The notes under the pieces were generated by a model. It made no database searches. It was not told the DNA's origin and was given only the letters and a program-made list of their open reading frames with translations. From a virus: a DNA stretch of 64,000 nt. The stretch lies in IMG/VR virus record IMGVR_UViG_3300029908_000016, positions 1-64,000 of that record. One strand, written 5' to 3'. Both the position numbers and the translations under genes were made by a program. This document shows positions 62,369 to 64,000 of this stretch, in pieces (position 1 is the first letter of the stretch; each line of letters begins with the position of its first letter).

Positions 62369-63061
62369 ATGCAAAAAATATCCCAAATTTTAGATGAGAT
62401 CGATAACCTAAAAAAGGTTGCGTTCATTCCTAATCCCCAGATATCAAATCCTCAAGCAAACCCTGAATTAGGACAAGCTTATCAACAAGTTGAACAGATG
62501 GCGCAAGGATTGCCTCCTCAAGCGCAACAGCAATTGCAGCAACAGTTACAACAGCTTCAACAATTACCACCTGACCAACAGCAGCAGGCTTTACAGCAAT
62601 TAGCTCAACAAGTGCAGCAAGCGACTGCCCAATCGCAAGGTGGGAGTCAGGGAGCACCAGGTCAAGGTCAATCACAAGCTGGCGATCCAAGTACTCCACC
62701 TCAAGAAAGTGGGCAACCTAGTTCTGGTGGAGGTAATGATCCTGGAGCTTCTAATCTTTCTTCTTTAGATAGCCAGCAAATTACTTTGACTTTATCTGAT
62801 TTGTTAAACCTGGTTTCAGGCGGAAAACATTCGAAAACGACCGCCGCCATTCATGGTTCTAAACGTGATGCGGAATTACAATCTCAAATGCTTGAATTAA
62901 AGCATAAAGAGAAGGTGGAAGATTATAATAAGAAACAGCAAGAAAAAGAATTACAGGAACAGCAGCAACAAGCCATGGCTCAACAACAGGCTTCCGCTGG
63001 TAATGTTGGAGGAGGCGGAATTTATCCTGGTGGTATGAACGGTCAAACACCTCAGCCATGA
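62369..63061 (+). CDS. Gln-rich putative virion/internal protein
   Basis: Poly-Q composition. Confidence 0.55.
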   Translation: MQKISQILDEIDNLKKVAFIPNPQISNPQANPELGQAYQQVEQMAQGLPPQAQQQLQQQLQQLQQLPPDQQQQALQQLAQQVQQATAQSQGGSQGAPGQGQSQAGDPSTPPQESGQPSSGGGNDPGASNLSSLDSQQITLTLSDLLNLVSGGKHSKTTAAIHGSKRDAELQSQMLELKHKEKVEDYNKKQQEKELQEQQQQAMAQQQASAGNVGGGGIYPGGMNGQTPQP

Positions 63062-63867
63062 CAATAATGAATCTCGATCCTCTATCTACATTCCTTGAGA
63101 AAGAAGGGAGTGATAAAGCTTTGGCTTTGAAAGAGGATATAGATAACTTACCCATTAAAGTCTACCACGGTTCTCCTAAGCCTCATTTAAAAGAATTGTA
63201 TAAAGGTAGTTATGTAACAACAGATCCTTCCATTGCTCATAAGATGGGAAGGTTCTACAAATCAACAGGTAAAACTTGGAAAGATGATGATTTAGCAGAA
63301 CGTTATGGTTTTACACCAGACATTAAGTTTAAAGAAGGAAGAGAACCTGACGGTGAACCTACTGTATATGAGGGAGAAATTCATAAAAAAGATATTGATT
63401 TTTTAAACAATCCACACGAGCATAAGACTCTAATTCCTATCCCTATTAAAATATATAAGATGAATAAGACTTCTTCTGCTCATTTTGCCGATGTGAAATT
63501 TTCCAGTTTACCTTCCAAGACTCAGGAAGATATTAAAAGATTTGCTAGTGATATTACCGACGATACATTATTGATTCATGCAGGTTATGTGATTAAAGAA
63601 TTACTCCCGATGGTAGATAAACATAACTTCGATCAAGCTGAGAAACATATTAAGGATACTAAGATTGATGAGAAAGAATTTTATAAATTACTTCCTTCTA
63701 AGTATATTTTGATTAAAGATAATAAGATAATTGATGGCCACCATTACGTGGCAAAGGCTCGTAAACTTGGCGTTACATGTTCCTTAAATGTACTGGATTT
63801 AACACCTATACGTTTTCAGAAAAAAGCTGCGAATCTATGGGAAGTATTAAAGAATAGGATTTCTTAA
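63058..63867 (+). CDS. ADP-ribosyltransferase-like + ParB-like fusion
   Basis: VYHGS...YVTTD..IA N-terminal half; IIDGHH C-terminal half. Confidence 0.5.
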   Translation: MTIMNLDPLSTFLEKEGSDKALALKEDIDNLPIKVYHGSPKPHLKELYKGSYVTTDPSIAHKMGRFYKSTGKTWKDDDLAERYGFTPDIKFKEGREPDGEPTVYEGEIHKKDIDFLNNPHEHKTLIPIPIKIYKMNKTSSAHFADVKFSSLPSKTQEDIKRFASDITDDTLLIHAGYVIKELLPMVDKHNFDQAEKHIKDTKIDEKEFYKLLPSKYILIKDNKIIDGHHYVAKARKLGVTCSLNVLDLTPIRFQKKAANLWEVLKNRIS

Positions 63868-64000
63868 TGGAAACTACCGTAGGTCACATACTTTTAAAAA
63901 ATTTGTTACCTAAAGACTTACAGCATTATGCGAGTAAAACATTAGATAAGAAAAACATCGAAGCACTGTTCAAGGATATTACTGTTCATCATCCTGAACA
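63867..64000 (+). CDS. RNA polymerase beta' C-terminal fragment (3'-truncated)
   Basis: Translated manually: METTVGHILLKNLLP...TLDKKNIEALF, matching RpoC ETTVGR.L....LP...LDKK, the segment that follows the end of the 57505 fusion. Confidence 0.75.
   Translation, partial: METTVGHILLKNLLPKDLQHYASKTLDKKNIEALFKDITVHHPE

Noticed and set aside
1-64000. Alternative genetic code
   Set aside because: Conserved genes are intact under the standard code, and TAA, TAG and TGA all end genes

Overview
AT-rich 64-kb segment of a large (jumbo-type) tailed dsDNA phage using the standard genetic code, with few Shine-Dalgarno sites. It encodes a multisubunit RNA polymerase scattered over at least four genes (beta-N, beta-middle, a beta-C/beta'-N fusion carrying the DxDGD site, and the start of beta'-C), two of which abut Hef-like endonuclease genes. 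It also carries a nucleotide-metabolism set (intein-containing class II RNR, ThyX, GMP reductase, dCTP deaminase, PhoH), two paralogous modular tail fibres, putative internal virion proteins, an SNF2 helicase, a papain-like protease, an amidase, NADAR and macrodomain hydrolases, a radical SAM gene, a rolling-circle HUH Rep-like gene, two tRNAs and one non-canonical tRNA-like cloverleaf. The most striking non-coding pattern is a set of + strand small-gene islands. Each opens with a conserved CCCCT-(N23-24)-TATAAT element (5 copies), and three close with a conserved GAGG-TT..-CCTC hairpin plus TTTTTTAGCTATYRGA element. That element overlaps the stop codons of convergent neighbours in different frames, and a degenerate copy lies on the far side of the Rep gene. 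Protein family calls come from motif recognition by eye, not database searches, and GC-content statements are visual estimates.
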